64,000 bases of DNA from positions 1 to 64,000 of the forward strand of contig JBGTHM010000005.1 in NCBI GenBank assembly GCA_041746255.1, read 5' to 3'. The position numbers and the translations under genes were made by a program. Below are positions 50,508 through 60,772 of the stretch, piece by piece. The notes below the pieces were generated by a model. That model had not been told where the DNA came from, searched no databases, and saw only the letters and a program-made list of their open reading frames with translations. Each line of letters begins with the position of its first letter. Within the stretch, counting starts at the first letter, position 1. Source of the DNA: Fibrobacteria bacterium (lineage in GTDB: Bacteria; Fibrobacterota; Fibrobacteria; UBA11236).

Positions 50508-51181
50508 TACCGTCCGCCTTTCCCAGCCTCGGATATACCCGCCGCTATTTCGGCGAACAAGTCCTTCACGGCCGCTTCTACATCGACGGCCAGACTGATT
50601 TCCGTCACCATGGCCACCGTTGTCGCCCCGCGCGCGAAGAGTTCCCGCACATGGCGTTTTTTAATACCACCCATCGTGGTGAAAGGAAAGGCGCTCAGCC
50701 GCGCGAGCTCGAAAACCTGATCGGGCCCGAGTGCGGGATAGCCTGCATGATCCTTGGTCTCAGTCGGAAACATCGGTCCGATATTGATATAATCGACCGG
50801 CTGGGTCGCCGCCGCCAGGACCTCTTCGCGATTGTGCGTCGAGAATCCGATTATAGCCTGAGGCCCCAACAGCCGCCGCGCCTCCACGGGCGGCATATCG
50901 TCCTGCCCCAAATGCACCCCATCGGCGCCGATACGTCGGGCTATTTCCACCCTGTCGTCCACGATAAGGAGAGCCCCTTTTCTTCGGCACAGGGCAAGCA
51001 CCTGGCGGGCTTCCGCCTCAAAATCCGGTTCTTTCGCACTTTTATCGCGATATTGGACGAAACTGACTCCCGCATCAAGAGCGGCCGCAATCAAATCGGA
51101 ATTCCTGCGCCCGCCGGTGAGGCGCTCGTCGGTGACGAAATACAGGGGGTGGTTTTCCAATTTAAACACTGCCGCGCCCAT
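50507..51181 (-). CDS. thiE: Thiamine-phosphate synthase
   Basis: LYFVTD, VQYRDK, IVDDRV, DGVHLGQDD, IGFSTH, GPMFPTETK, MGGI; stop overlaps the mgtE ATG. Confidence 0.95.
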   Translation of the reverse strand: MGAAVFKLENHPLYFVTDERLTGGRRNSDLIAAALDAGVSFVQYRDKSAKEPDFEAEARQVLALCRRKGALLIVDDRVEIARRIGADGVHLGQDDMPPVEARRLLGPQAIIGFSTHNREEVLAAATQPVDYINIGPMFPTETKDHAGYPALGPDQVFELARLSAFPFTTMGGIKKRHVRELFARGATTVAMVTEISLAVDVEAAVKDLFAEIAAGISEAGKGGR

Positions 51182-51300
51182 CTTTAAATGGCCTCAAAGT
51201 TAATCGGGTCCCAGCGGGACGCCAAGGCATGTTAACGATGAGTTCGAGAGACCGTGAAGTTTTATATTAAATTCCGGGTCATCGAACAGGAGAATTAATC

Positions 51301-51615
51301 ATGGACAAGACCTTGCCCTCCGGCTTCAGCGAATTGCTTTCCACCCACGACAAACCCATACTCGTGGATTTTTGGGCCGATTGGTGCCAGCCCTGCCACA
51401 TGGTATCACCGGTGGTGAAACAACTCGCCCAGGATTGGAGGGGACGGTTAACCGTTATCAAAATCAACACGGAGGAGAAGCCCGCCCTCTCCCAACAGCA
51501 CAAAATCAACAGCCTCCCCACCTTGGTCCTGTTCAAAGCGGGCAAGGAGGCGCATCGCGTCAGCGGAGCCCTCCCCTTGGCCCAACTGAAAAATGAATTC
51601 GAAAAATTCCTATAA
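51301..51615 (+). CDS. trxA: Thioredoxin
   Basis: LVDFWADWCQPC, S.PTL.LFK.G; AGGAG RBS. Confidence 0.93.
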   Translation: MDKTLPSGFSELLSTHDKPILVDFWADWCQPCHMVSPVVKQLAQDWRGRLTVIKINTEEKPALSQQHKINSLPTLVLFKAGKEAHRVSGALPLAQLKNEFEKFL

Positions 51616-51645
51616 CCCGTAAGCCAATCCTTCGAGGCCTCTGAA

Positions 51646-52281
51646 CTATCCGGTCGACGCGAGTCGACTCAACCATTCGGGGTAAGAAGCCGGTTGCGCG
51701 GATGCGGCTTCAAAAGGCGGGGAAGTTTTCGAAAGGAGCAGGGATGCGGCCCTTTCCAGGCCCTCCTGGCGCAGACCCTCTTCACCGAAAGCCTCCAGGC
51801 CCAGGGTCCAACCTCGATGCCCGCGAACGTGCAAGGCGGTCAACTCCATCAAGCAGCCATTTTCGATATGGGAACCGGGTTCCTTTTCACGGTTTTCATC
51901 CAGGGAGAAGAGGCGCGCCCGGCGTTTTTTCTCTACCGCCATCCAATCGCCCTCTCTATGCGAACGCAGGAGCTGAACCGCCTCGGAGTGAGCCATAGAC
52001 CATTTCACCCACTCTTCCTTATTGCCCAAAAGACCCAAAGGCCAATCCGTTGCTATGGGAGAGCCCCGAAGCGCTTTGATTTCGAATCGGCCTTCGCGCA
52101 CCTTAGCCCCCAGGGTTTTACAACCGGGTAAAACCAGATAGTCGTCGGTTCGCTCCCCCTCGTTTCGGGCCAGTCCCTGAGGATCGAACCACTGCCACAT
52201 TTCGGCGGGTATTTCCCCTGAAAAAAACCAGCGGATTTCGCTGGTGAAATAATACGCAGGTTTAAATTCGGGCAAGGTCAT
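51646..52281 (-). CDS. Hypothetical protein, CYTH-like
   Basis: E.RWFF, RTD.YL, K.REG.FEIK, W.KWS, V.K.R, C..ELT and SYPEWL pattern. Confidence 0.6.
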   Translation of the reverse strand: MTLPEFKPAYYFTSEIRWFFSGEIPAEMWQWFDPQGLARNEGERTDDYLVLPGCKTLGAKVREGRFEIKALRGSPIATDWPLGLLGNKEEWVKWSMAHSEAVQLLRSHREGDWMAVEKKRRARLFSLDENREKEPGSHIENGCLMELTALHVRGHRGWTLGLEAFGEEGLRQEGLERAASLLLSKTSPPFEAASAQPASYPEWLSRLASTG

Positions 52282-52298
52282 GCCTGCAAAATAACCTA

Positions 52299-53558
52299 TC
52301 AAGGCCAGAATGCGGTGGATGGGGGTTTCCCCCAAAGCAGCCGGAAAATCCGATAGGCGTCATCGCGCAAATCCTTGCCGTCGTTAAATCGAGGCATAAG
52401 ATGGAAAAGGCTGGAAGCGATATACAGGCCGCCATCCGGCCCGAAAGCCATGGCCTCCGGCCAGAGCATGGATTCATGTTGCAATAGGGTGGAAATCGCT
52501 CCGGTTTCCGTATTGAAAGTGACGATGGAATTGTCCTCCACCGAAGTCAGATAGAGAATCCCTTCCGAATCCATCGCCATGCCGCTGCTGACAACGCTTC
52601 CTGCAATCCGCTCCACGGCTGCCGACAGGCTGCTGTCCGAGGCCCGCCTATCCCGTAATATTTCCGTAGGTATCCGATATAAGGAGCGCCCCGTCAGGGC
52701 CTGGTAATAAAGATATTCTCCCTCTAAACTCAGTTCGATAGCGTTTATATGCAGGCCCTGCGTCTGACCCTTTTCGGAGCCCAAGGCATTGTTACCCACC
52801 TTGATTGGGATGTTTCCGGCCTTCAGGGAAGGATGCTCCGCCAGCACCCGATGCGCGTTGCCGTTTTCCAAATCCAGCACGATAAGCGCGCCGGTTCCGG
52901 ACTCCGCGATATAGGCGACCTGCCTGTCCAAATCGACGCGCACCTCTTGTAAATAGCCTCCACTGGGAATCACCCGCTTATCCAGAGGATAAACCTTAAC
53001 CACAGCTTCCGCATCTATATCCACTTGGACCAACTTGGGCCCGCCGTTAATCGTACCCTGCATAAATGGGCTGGCGGCGTCCAGCACCCATAAATGGCCT
53101 CTCCCGTCCGCCCATAGGGCTTGCACCGACACGAAACGCTCCTCGGCGTTCCACCCCCATTGCCATTCATTCCAGGTTCTGGAAGGAAAAGCCTCCAGCC
53201 TGCCGATTTCATTGATTACCGCCACCGAAATACGATGATGGTTGGCCCATCTGGGAAAGGAAACGAAGATTTTTCCTTTTTCACTTACGGCGATGCTTGT
53301 GGGTTGATGGAGGGGAAAGGCCGCCACGGTATCGAATCGCACCCTACCGTCTGGAATGAAAATCTCATCCTCCTCGTAGGGCACCCCCAACTCTGATCCT
53401 CCTAACACCTGGATTCCACTCGCGGCTTCGTCCCAATGGGATTTTCCCAACCGGGTCTCTTTCGGGTTGGAGGCAGAGCAGGCCGTGAGAGTGCCCCCTA
53501 CCAAAGCCGTAAAGAGGAAAACCAGAATAAAAGTGACTGGGAGATTATAACACCGCAT
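52299..53558 (-). CDS. Major royal jelly/yellow-family beta-propeller lipoprotein
   Basis: Lipobox LTAC; IFVSFPRW, FVSVQ......LWVLD, GGPKLV, AYI.ESG, WPE. Confidence 0.85.
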   Translation of the reverse strand: MRCYNLPVTFILVFLFTALVGGTLTACSASNPKETRLGKSHWDEAASGIQVLGGSELGVPYEEDEIFIPDGRVRFDTVAAFPLHQPTSIAVSEKGKIFVSFPRWANHHRISVAVINEIGRLEAFPSRTWNEWQWGWNAEERFVSVQALWADGRGHLWVLDAASPFMQGTINGGPKLVQVDIDAEAVVKVYPLDKRVIPSGGYLQEVRVDLDRQVAYIAESGTGALIVLDLENGNAHRVLAEHPSLKAGNIPIKVGNNALGSEKGQTQGLHINAIELSLEGEYLYYQALTGRSLYRIPTEILRDRRASDSSLSAAVERIAGSVVSSGMAMDSEGILYLTSVEDNSIVTFNTETGAISTLLQHESMLWPEAMAFGPDGGLYIASSLFHLMPRFNDGKDLRDDAYRIFRLLWGKPPSTAFWP

Positions 53559-53677
53559 GAATTGAACCTCCCTCTTCGCCTTTTCTGAAAATAATTCTGA
53601 TGCGGGGGAAGGATAGTCTTTTCTTCATTCGCCTCGAAGTGGCGCAATGGGGAGATTATAGGCCAGAACTGGGGAAG

Positions 53678-54175
53678 TTACGGAAGACTTGCGGGTTGCG
53701 TACGCGGGGCCCTCCAAACCTGCCATATGTATAGGATTATCCCGATGCATATAAGCGAGTCGGCGATATTGAATATGGGATAACTCCACACATCTTTCCA
53801 ATGCACGTGGATGAAATCGACGACATAACCATGGCGTACCCTGTCAAGAATATTTCCCAAAGCGCCGGCGAGAATAAGCATCAAGGGAAGAATTTGATAA
53901 GTTGAGAAACGTCGGCTTTCCCAAATCATCCAGAACAGAAAACCAAAGGCCAGGGCCGAAAATCCGAGGATAAGCGGCGCCCGGATTTTTTCGTCCATAC
54001 CCGACAGCATGCTGAAAGCAATGGCGGAGTTTTCCGCATAGCGGAACTCCAGCAGGTTGCGTATGAGGGTAATGGGCGGTTCCGCTTTCAAAGCCGATGC
54101 CGCCGCGGCCTTGGTAGCCAAATCGGATCCACAGCCCACGAATACGATGGCCAAAAGGATAATCCACTTCTTCAA
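53678..54175 (-). CDS. lspA: Lipoprotein signal peptidase II
   Basis: DLATK, N.AIAFS, GALGNILDR, VVDFI, FNIADS; TTG start at 54175 with GGAG RBS (ORF extends to 54232). Confidence 0.93.
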   Translation of the reverse strand: MKKWIILLAIVFVGCGSDLATKAAAASALKAEPPITLIRNLLEFRYAENSAIAFSMLSGMDEKIRAPLILGFSALAFGFLFWMIWESRRFSTYQILPLMLILAGALGNILDRVRHGYVVDFIHVHWKDVWSYPIFNIADSLICIGIILYIWQVWRAPRTQPASLP

Positions 54176-54235
54176 AATTTCTCCGGGTTTGCTTAATGGG
54201 TGAGTCGCGTTAGGTTTATCCGAAACCTGCAAAAT

Positions 54236-55063
54236 TCATTTCCTCCCGATGCCGATAAGGGCTCGGCCTACCGAAGTGACGGGGCCTTCACCCAGTTCCC
54301 GGCCCAGTTTTTCTCGAATGTTGATGCGCATAGACTCCCATTTGGCTTCGCCCATTTTGTGTATGAGCAATGCGACCGGCGCCGTGGTGCGCTGCACCCT
54401 TTGCCAGAATTCGTCCACGGAAGAAAATTCCATGGCATGCTCCACCCGATGCATTTCTACTTCGTTAAAACCTGCGGATTGCATTTCTTGGGCAAACTCC
54501 CCGGGGTCTCCTAATGGGGCCTTGCCTTTTCCGAAAGGCACACCCGGTAATTCGGCCCGGAGGCATTCCATCACGGTTACGATCGGGCCTTCAAAAGGCA
54601 TCCAACTGGAAATCAGCGCCGGGGCTCCCGGTTTGATGACGCGTCGCAGCTCGCGCATGCCCTTGATGCGGTCCGGAAAAAAAATCAGCCCGAACAGGGA
54701 AAAAGCGGCGTCAAAGCCCTCGTCTTCGAATGGCAAGGCTTGGCCGTCACCCTGGTGAATTTCCACTCCCGTTGCTCCCTGGGTTGCAACCCTATGGCGA
54801 AATCGTTCCAGCATAGGGGGAGAGAAATCGATGGCGCTGACTCTCGTCCCATTCGCCGCAGCCAGCAAGCTCAGGGTACCGGGGCCTGCCGCCACGTCCA
54901 CAATGCGCGAGTTGGATGGCAATTGCGCCAGGCGCAGGGCATCCTTGGCATAAAGCTCAAATTGAGGAACCAATTCGAGGGCGTAGGCATCGGCAACCAG
55001 GTCCCACGGCTCGGGAAAGGCCAGTGGACTATTTGTGACATAGGGGGCTTGGGGTTCAGACAT
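54236..55063 (-). CDS. Class I SAM-dependent methyltransferase
   Basis: VDVAAGPG, IDFSPPM, GDGQALPF....FD, RVIKPG. Confidence 0.9.
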   Translation of the reverse strand: MSEPQAPYVTNSPLAFPEPWDLVADAYALELVPQFELYAKDALRLAQLPSNSRIVDVAAGPGTLSLLAAANGTRVSAIDFSPPMLERFRHRVATQGATGVEIHQGDGQALPFEDEGFDAAFSLFGLIFFPDRIKGMRELRRVIKPGAPALISSWMPFEGPIVTVMECLRAELPGVPFGKGKAPLGDPGEFAQEMQSAGFNEVEMHRVEHAMEFSSVDEFWQRVQRTTAPVALLIHKMGEAKWESMRINIREKLGRELGEGPVTSVGRALIGIGRK

Positions 55064-55285
55064 GGGGAAAATTTACATAATCCCGAGGCCGGGAATTATG
55101 TTCAGCTCGTCAGGCCACCGCGAACCGCTCCCCGGACTCCCATTCCGGCCCTTCAACAACTCTAACCGGACTCAATCTTGGAGTCTTTCTGACATTTTTT
55201 TACATGGGATTGCCACCTCAACTCGGCATTTTACCTACAATGAAGAGACATCAGGGGATATCTCCCCCACCTTCGGATTGGCTGC

Positions 55286-57124
55286 ATGTATAATACCCAC
55301 CACTCTTTTCATATTCCCGTCATGGGAACCGGTTTCACCATCGATGCACCTTTGAAGGTGGCCCGTTTTGGGATTTCCTCCGTAATCAGTATTGTGGACG
55401 ACATGCTCATCGACCGAATCCGTCGCCACTATGCCAAGCAGCATGGGAGGCCGGATGCCGCCATTCCCGCCTCCCATCCCGACGCTCGAGCCGCGCGCAT
55501 CACCACCTACCTCGATTTGGTCCACGACCTGTTGGAAGAGCAAATGGCGGCCATCAAAGCCCTGCCTTTCGCAGCGGGCAACGAAAAAACCGCCTATTTC
55601 GAAATGCTGCCGGACAGCGCTGCGCTCAAACAGCGATACCTTCAATATCTTTCTATGGAAGAGGGCGCCGAAAAGCAGACGTTGGATGCCCAACTGACTG
55701 CGGCCATGCGTGCAGGCCATATCGACTGCAATATCATGACCAAGTTGGATCCCCCCGCCTACGATACCCAGGGCCAGATGCGTCCCCCGGAATTTTCGGA
55801 CGCCAAAGCCGCCTTGCGGGGATTCGCGCTTTCGAAAGTCCGCGCCTCCATCGTGATGTCGGCCGGTATCAATCCTTCGCTATACGGCTATCTGGAAAGT
55901 TTTCCGGATTTTTACCGCCTCGGCGATGAGCCCCCTAAAAAGGGCGTCATACTCAAAGTTTCCGATTTCCGCTCCAGCATGGTGCAAGGCCGCTTTCTGG
56001 GAAAAAAGGGAATAGAGGTCCGCGAGTTCCGCATCGAATCGGGCCTGAATTGCGGCGGACATGCTTTTGCCGCCAATGGTTATTTGCTTGGACCTATTCT
56101 GCAAGAATTCCGGGATAGTCGGGAACAATTTCCGGAAATGTTCGAGCCGCTTATTACCACCTATTTCGAGAAAAAGGGCAAGGCTTATCCTGCCTCCGGC
56201 CTCAATCGCCGCATACCGGTAACCGCCCAAGGCGGAATCGGAAATTTCGGTGAAGTTCGCCGTTTGATGGAATATTACGGCATGGACGCAACCGGTTGGG
56301 CCAGTCCTTTTCTTTTGGTACCCGAAGTCACCGCCGTGGACGATGATACCCGTCAGCAATTGATGGAGGCACGCGAAGAGGACCTTTATCTGAGCGACGT
56401 TTCTCCCTTGGGAGTCGCCTTCAATAACCTGCGGAACTCCGGCACCCATCGCTGGACCGAAGCGCGCATCCGTGCAGGAAAGCCCGGCTCGCCCTGCCCC
56501 AAAGGCTATTTGGCCTTGAATACCGAATTCACGGAAAAGCCGATTTGCACCGCTTCGATGCAATACCAAAAAATCAAATTGGCCAGTATCGGTTACGACT
56601 CGCCGCCTCCCATCGACACCGAGGATGCTCGCGTACAGGCGATTTACGAAAAAAGCTGCATTTGCGATCAACTGGGCAACGGCGCCTTGATTCAACTGGG
56701 CATGAGCCGAAGGGAAATGCCGGTTTCGGTTTGCCCAGGCCCCAACATCGCCTATTTCAATAAGCTTTATTCACTACGCGAAATGGTGGATCATATCTAT
56801 GGGAGAGGTGAAAGCCTGGTACCCGCCGAGCGACCGCATTTCTTCGTTAAAGATATGCTCATGACCATCGAGTTTTTCGGTAAGCGCGCCGCCAAACTCA
56901 CTGCCGGCGATGAAAAGAGTTTCAACATTCTAGTCGAGTTCCGGCAAAACGTGAAAGACGGCATTGAATATTATCGGACCTTCGTAGGTAACACGCCTTT
57001 TCCGGGCGAAAACCTGGAATCCCTGAAAGAAGCGCTCCCGGATCACGAAGCCCGCTTGGAATCCATTTGGGATGCGACATTGAAACGGCTGGGGCAGCCC
57101 CACACAGCCTCATCTCCGGCCTGA
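55286..57124 (+). CDS. Conserved hypothetical protein, possible flavin/Fe-S oxidoreductase
   Basis: 612-aa ORF; HIPVMG, SAGIN, ESGLNCGGHAF, QGGIG, Cys-rich C-terminus. Confidence 0.65.
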   Translation: MYNTHHSFHIPVMGTGFTIDAPLKVARFGISSVISIVDDMLIDRIRRHYAKQHGRPDAAIPASHPDARAARITTYLDLVHDLLEEQMAAIKALPFAAGNEKTAYFEMLPDSAALKQRYLQYLSMEEGAEKQTLDAQLTAAMRAGHIDCNIMTKLDPPAYDTQGQMRPPEFSDAKAALRGFALSKVRASIVMSAGINPSLYGYLESFPDFYRLGDEPPKKGVILKVSDFRSSMVQGRFLGKKGIEVREFRIESGLNCGGHAFAANGYLLGPILQEFRDSREQFPEMFEPLITTYFEKKGKAYPASGLNRRIPVTAQGGIGNFGEVRRLMEYYGMDATGWASPFLLVPEVTAVDDDTRQQLMEAREEDLYLSDVSPLGVAFNNLRNSGTHRWTEARIRAGKPGSPCPKGYLALNTEFTEKPICTASMQYQKIKLASIGYDSPPPIDTEDARVQAIYEKSCICDQLGNGALIQLGMSRREMPVSVCPGPNIAYFNKLYSLREMVDHIYGRGESLVPAERPHFFVKDMLMTIEFFGKRAAKLTAGDEKSFNILVEFRQNVKDGIEYYRTFVGNTPFPGENLESLKEALPDHEARLESIWDATLKRLGQPHTASSPA

Positions 57125-57172
57125 TTCGTCATACAGCCCAATCTTGGGTTACCCTTGTATTTTGCTGCCATA

Positions 57173-59368
57173 ATGCGGTTATTGCGAAACAAAATATCCC
57201 CTCCTTGCCAGGCTTTTTGGACCTGCTGGGCCGGCGCCTTCTTCATTCTCCTCACATTTCCACCCACCTCATCGCATGCGGAAACGGTACATGCTCCCTA
57301 CACCGAAGCGGAACTGGTAAGTGAACTCGCTACCGTAGCGCCAGGAGACACCCTCTGGGCCGCGCTTCGGCTCAAACCCCACCCCGACTGGTATGTTTAC
57401 TGGAAAAATCCCGGTGATGCGGGTATGCCCCCCTCTCTGGAATGGACCCTTCCCGAGGGTGTTACTGCGCAGGAAATCCTGTTCCCCTACCCGGAGGTCA
57501 TCCCCAGCGGACCGCTTGCCAGTTTCGGTTTCTCGCAGGAAGTATTCTATCCCGTGCGCATCGCCATTTCCTCCGATTTTCCTATCGGTACGCCTTTGGT
57601 CTTGAATGCCCACGCTGATTGGCTGGTGTGCAAGGTGGAATGCCTGCCCGCCGATGCGGAACTGACTCTGATTTTGGAAACGGGCGAAAAGACGCCGCAT
57701 CCGGTCTGGGGGGGGAAGTGGCAATCCATCCTGGAACGCCTGCCCCACGACTCACCCGAATGGAAATGGCGCGTCCGCTTCGAACCTGAAACGCTAACCG
57801 TAACAGGAACGATACCTAGGGGCTGGAAAACCGGAACGGGCGGGGTGTTTTTCTTTCCCGACGAACAGGGCATCATCGACAATGCCCAACCGCAAAGCTA
57901 TTTGGTTAACGACGGAATGCTGGAAGTGAAAGTGGTGCGCGATCCGGTTATCGGCTCGGAACCCGATTCCCTGCAGGGCGTGTTGGTGGCGGACTCCGCT
58001 TGGCGTTCGCCTGACGGCATCGCCTATCCGGCCCTTACCATCGCCGTGACCCCTGTAACAGGACTCGAAACGGCCGCCCCAGCGGCGGTTCCGCTTTCCA
58101 TGGGCCGGGTCCAGGGAATGGGATGGGCGCTGCTGTTCGCCTTGTTGGGCGGCGTTTTACTGAACCTGATGCCCTGCGTATTGCCCGTGCTTTCGCTTAA
58201 GATCATGGACTTCGTCAACCGGGCGGGCCAACGGCGCAGCCTCACCATCGTCCATGGTCTGGTTTTCACCAGCGGCGTGCTGCTTTCCTTTTGGATCCTG
58301 GCGGGCACGCTGATTCTGCTGCAACAGGGTGGGGCCCAACTCGGTTGGGGCTTCCAATTGCAATCGCCCCTTTTCGTTTTTTCCCTGTCGGCATTCCTTT
58401 TTCTTTTCGGGCTAAACTTGCTCGGAGTTTTCGAAATGGGAGTTTTGTTCACGCGCTTCTCCGCCGCCGGAAAAACCGACTCGCATTATCTCGGCAGCTT
58501 CGCCGGAGGCGTAACGGCCACCTTGGTGGCCACTCCCTGTACCGCCCCTTTCATGGGCGCGGCCTTGGGCTATGGCTTTACCCTGTCGCCCCTGGCGAAC
58601 CTCGCGCTTTTCACCGCCTTGGGCTTCGGCATGGCCTCACCTTACCTTCTGCTCTCCTTTTTCCCGGGCTTCCTTCGCTTTCTTCCCGCTCCGGGAAGGT
58701 GGATGGAAACGCTTAAGCAATTCATGGGGTTTTTACTGCTGGGCACCGTGATATGGCTGGCGTGGGTATTGGGTCATCTAGTGGGTAACGATGGAATTAC
58801 CGTCTTCTGGATGTCACTGCTTTGCATTGGAATCGGCGCCTGGATGCTGGGACGTTGGGGCGTTCTCTCCGTGTCCCCGCGTACACGCTTTTTGGCCATA
58901 GCCGCCGCTATCGTCATCTGGGCGCTCGCGTTGTGGTTCGGAAGCGCTGCCATGAAACTATCCGCACCTGTAGCGGCCCTGCCCATAGGCGCAACCGCGG
59001 AGGGTTCGCAGGCTGCGTCCATCCCGGAAATCGACTGGGAGCCCTTCTCGCCGGAAAGGCTGGAGGAATTGCGGACCCGGAAAGAGCCCGTTTTCGTGAA
59101 TTTCACCGCCGCCTGGTGTATTACCTGCAAAGTGAATGAACGCATGGCATTACGCTCACCCGAAGTGATTGAACGTTTCTCGGAACTGGGAATTCACGCC
59201 CTTAAGGCCGATTGGACGGCTCGCGACGCTTCGCTGGCACGGGTACTGGCGGGTTATGGGAGAAATAGCATTCCGTTCTATGTATTTTACGACGGCAAAG
59301 CCGATAAGCCGAAGTTTCTGCCGGAACTTCTAACCCCCGGGTTGTTATTGGAAATTCTGCACCGATAA
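57173..59368 (+). CDS. dsbD: Protein-disulfide reductase DsbD family
   Basis: YWKNPGDAG, CKVEC, LNLMPCVLPVL, ATPCTAPFM, FTAAWCITC; start uncertain. Confidence 0.92.
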   Translation: MRLLRNKISPPCQAFWTCWAGAFFILLTFPPTSSHAETVHAPYTEAELVSELATVAPGDTLWAALRLKPHPDWYVYWKNPGDAGMPPSLEWTLPEGVTAQEILFPYPEVIPSGPLASFGFSQEVFYPVRIAISSDFPIGTPLVLNAHADWLVCKVECLPADAELTLILETGEKTPHPVWGGKWQSILERLPHDSPEWKWRVRFEPETLTVTGTIPRGWKTGTGGVFFFPDEQGIIDNAQPQSYLVNDGMLEVKVVRDPVIGSEPDSLQGVLVADSAWRSPDGIAYPALTIAVTPVTGLETAAPAAVPLSMGRVQGMGWALLFALLGGVLLNLMPCVLPVLSLKIMDFVNRAGQRRSLTIVHGLVFTSGVLLSFWILAGTLILLQQGGAQLGWGFQLQSPLFVFSLSAFLFLFGLNLLGVFEMGVLFTRFSAAGKTDSHYLGSFAGGVTATLVATPCTAPFMGAALGYGFTLSPLANLALFTALGFGMASPYLLLSFFPGFLRFLPAPGRWMETLKQFMGFLLLGTVIWLAWVLGHLVGNDGITVFWMSLLCIGIGAWMLGRWGVLSVSPRTRFLAIAAAIVIWALALWFGSAAMKLSAPVAALPIGATAEGSQAASIPEIDWEPFSPERLEELRTRKEPVFVNFTAAWCITCKVNERMALRSPEVIERFSELGIHALKADWTARDASLARVLAGYGRNSIPFYVFYDGKADKPKFLPELLTPGLLLEILHR

Positions 59369-59382
59369 GCAAAGGAGAAGAC

Positions 59383-59997
59383 ATGTTGAAGAAATTAGGG
59401 ACCTTGACCTTGGTATTGGGAATGATGCTGGCCGTCCCCTCGGCTTACGCCGCGGCTAAACCGGGAGCACCCGCGCCCGACTTCACCCTCACCGACGTCG
59501 AAGGAAAAGAGCATAAGCTCTCCGACTTGGCGGGCCGCTATGTCGTGCTCGAATGGGTCAACTATGATTGCCCTTTCGTGGCCAAGCATTACAAATCGGG
59601 AAACATGCCCGCCCTGCAAGCGAAATGGAAGGAAAAGGACGTAGTCTGGTTTTCCATTAACTCGTCGGCGGAAGGGAAGCAGGGTCATTTCGAAACAGCC
59701 GCCTTGAAAGAGCGCATGGCCAAGGAGAAAGCCGCTCCCACGGCCTACCTGCTGGATACCGACGGAACCGTCGGCAAGCTTTACGGAGCCAAAACCACTC
59801 CGCATATGTATGTCATCAATCCCGAGGGCGGATTGATATACGCCGGCGCCATCGACGACAAACCGACAACCCGTGTCAAAGACGTGGAAACCTCCAAGAG
59901 CTATCTGAACGCCGCTCTCGAAGCGGGCATGGCGGGAAAACCGGTGGAAACCGCTTCCACCAACGCTTATGGTTGTTCTGTGAAATATGCCAAATGA
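59383..59997 (+). CDS. Periplasmic redoxin (AhpC/TSA-like thioredoxin family)
   Basis: Signal peptide, APDFTL, LEWVNYDCPFV, YGAKTTPH, Y.GAIDD, YGCSVKY. Confidence 0.9.
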   Translation: MLKKLGTLTLVLGMMLAVPSAYAAAKPGAPAPDFTLTDVEGKEHKLSDLAGRYVVLEWVNYDCPFVAKHYKSGNMPALQAKWKEKDVVWFSINSSAEGKQGHFETAALKERMAKEKAAPTAYLLDTDGTVGKLYGAKTTPHMYVINPEGGLIYAGAIDDKPTTRVKDVETSKSYLNAALEAGMAGKPVETASTNAYGCSVKYAK

Positions 59998-60016
59998 GGC
60001 GTTGACCCGGGCGGGT

Positions 60017-60772
60017 CTAAAAACTCGCCCCCGTCACCAAGCCTAATTGATAATAGGAATATTCGCCTTTCAGGCTTTCCCAGCGTATTCCGAGGAACCC
60101 GGTTCCAGTGTTATCCACGAATTTATCGATGCCCAGACTCCAATAGGTACCGCCGGTCTCGCCTTTTTCACCCTCGAGCGGATCCCAATCCGCTCCGAGT
60201 CTGAGCCCCGTGATAAAGTCGGTGGAAAATCCGAAAACATTGCTTCTGCGATAGCCCCTGAAATGGGAACCCTCGAAATTCACCAGAGGGTTATGGGCGA
60301 CTCGCCGAAACCACCTCCCGGTGAATTTACGACCCGGGTAAGGCGAGAACGTGGCGGATAGCCCGTAATCATAGTCCCAAGTATAAACCCAGGTCCGCTT
60401 GGCAACGGGTCCGGGGGGGTTGACCGCGATGCCGTACTTTTCCAAATGGCCGGCCTTTACCCGATTTTTATCATCGGTCCAATCGCCCATGTTGTCGAAG
60501 CCAAAGCCCATTCCCAATCCGATTTTCCCATAGATTCCCGCGCGGAATAACTTTCCGAGCAAGGGCAGGTCAAAATCCCCTTCGATGGGAACCGCATAAA
60601 GACGCGAACTCCCGTACATTTCCTCCTTGGGGAAATCGCCGACCAAGTAGAGCTCATTGTCGCGATAATTCTCATAAAAGGAGACGGAGTTAGCCCACCC
60701 GTAATGGGTGGAGAAACCACTGCACATCGCCTCGACGCACAGCCAGGCCACCAAAAGGAGTGTCGCCCTCAT
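60017..60772 (-). CDS. Hypothetical secreted or outer-membrane protein
   Basis: Signal peptide, aromatic beta-rich sequence, terminal Phe; start overlaps the OYE stop. Confidence 0.6.
   Translation of the reverse strand: MRATLLLVAWLCVEAMCSGFSTHYGWANSVSFYENYRDNELYLVGDFPKEEMYGSSRLYAVPIEGDFDLPLLGKLFRAGIYGKIGLGMGFGFDNMGDWTDDKNRVKAGHLEKYGIAVNPPGPVAKRTWVYTWDYDYGLSATFSPYPGRKFTGRWFRRVAHNPLVNFEGSHFRGYRRSNVFGFSTDFITGLRLGADWDPLEGEKGETGGTYWSLGIDKFVDNTGTGFLGIRWESLKGEYSYYQLGLVTGASF

Noticed and set aside
50252..51187. Long antisense or alternate-frame ORFs (e.g. 50252..51187, 46796..47731, 35673..36602, 2767..3522)
   Set aside because: They shadow well-supported genes on the opposite strand, have no recognisable motifs, and are expected at this GC content
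51182..51300. TPP riboswitch upstream of thiE
   Set aside because: No CTGAGA core or TPP aptamer pattern on the minus strand
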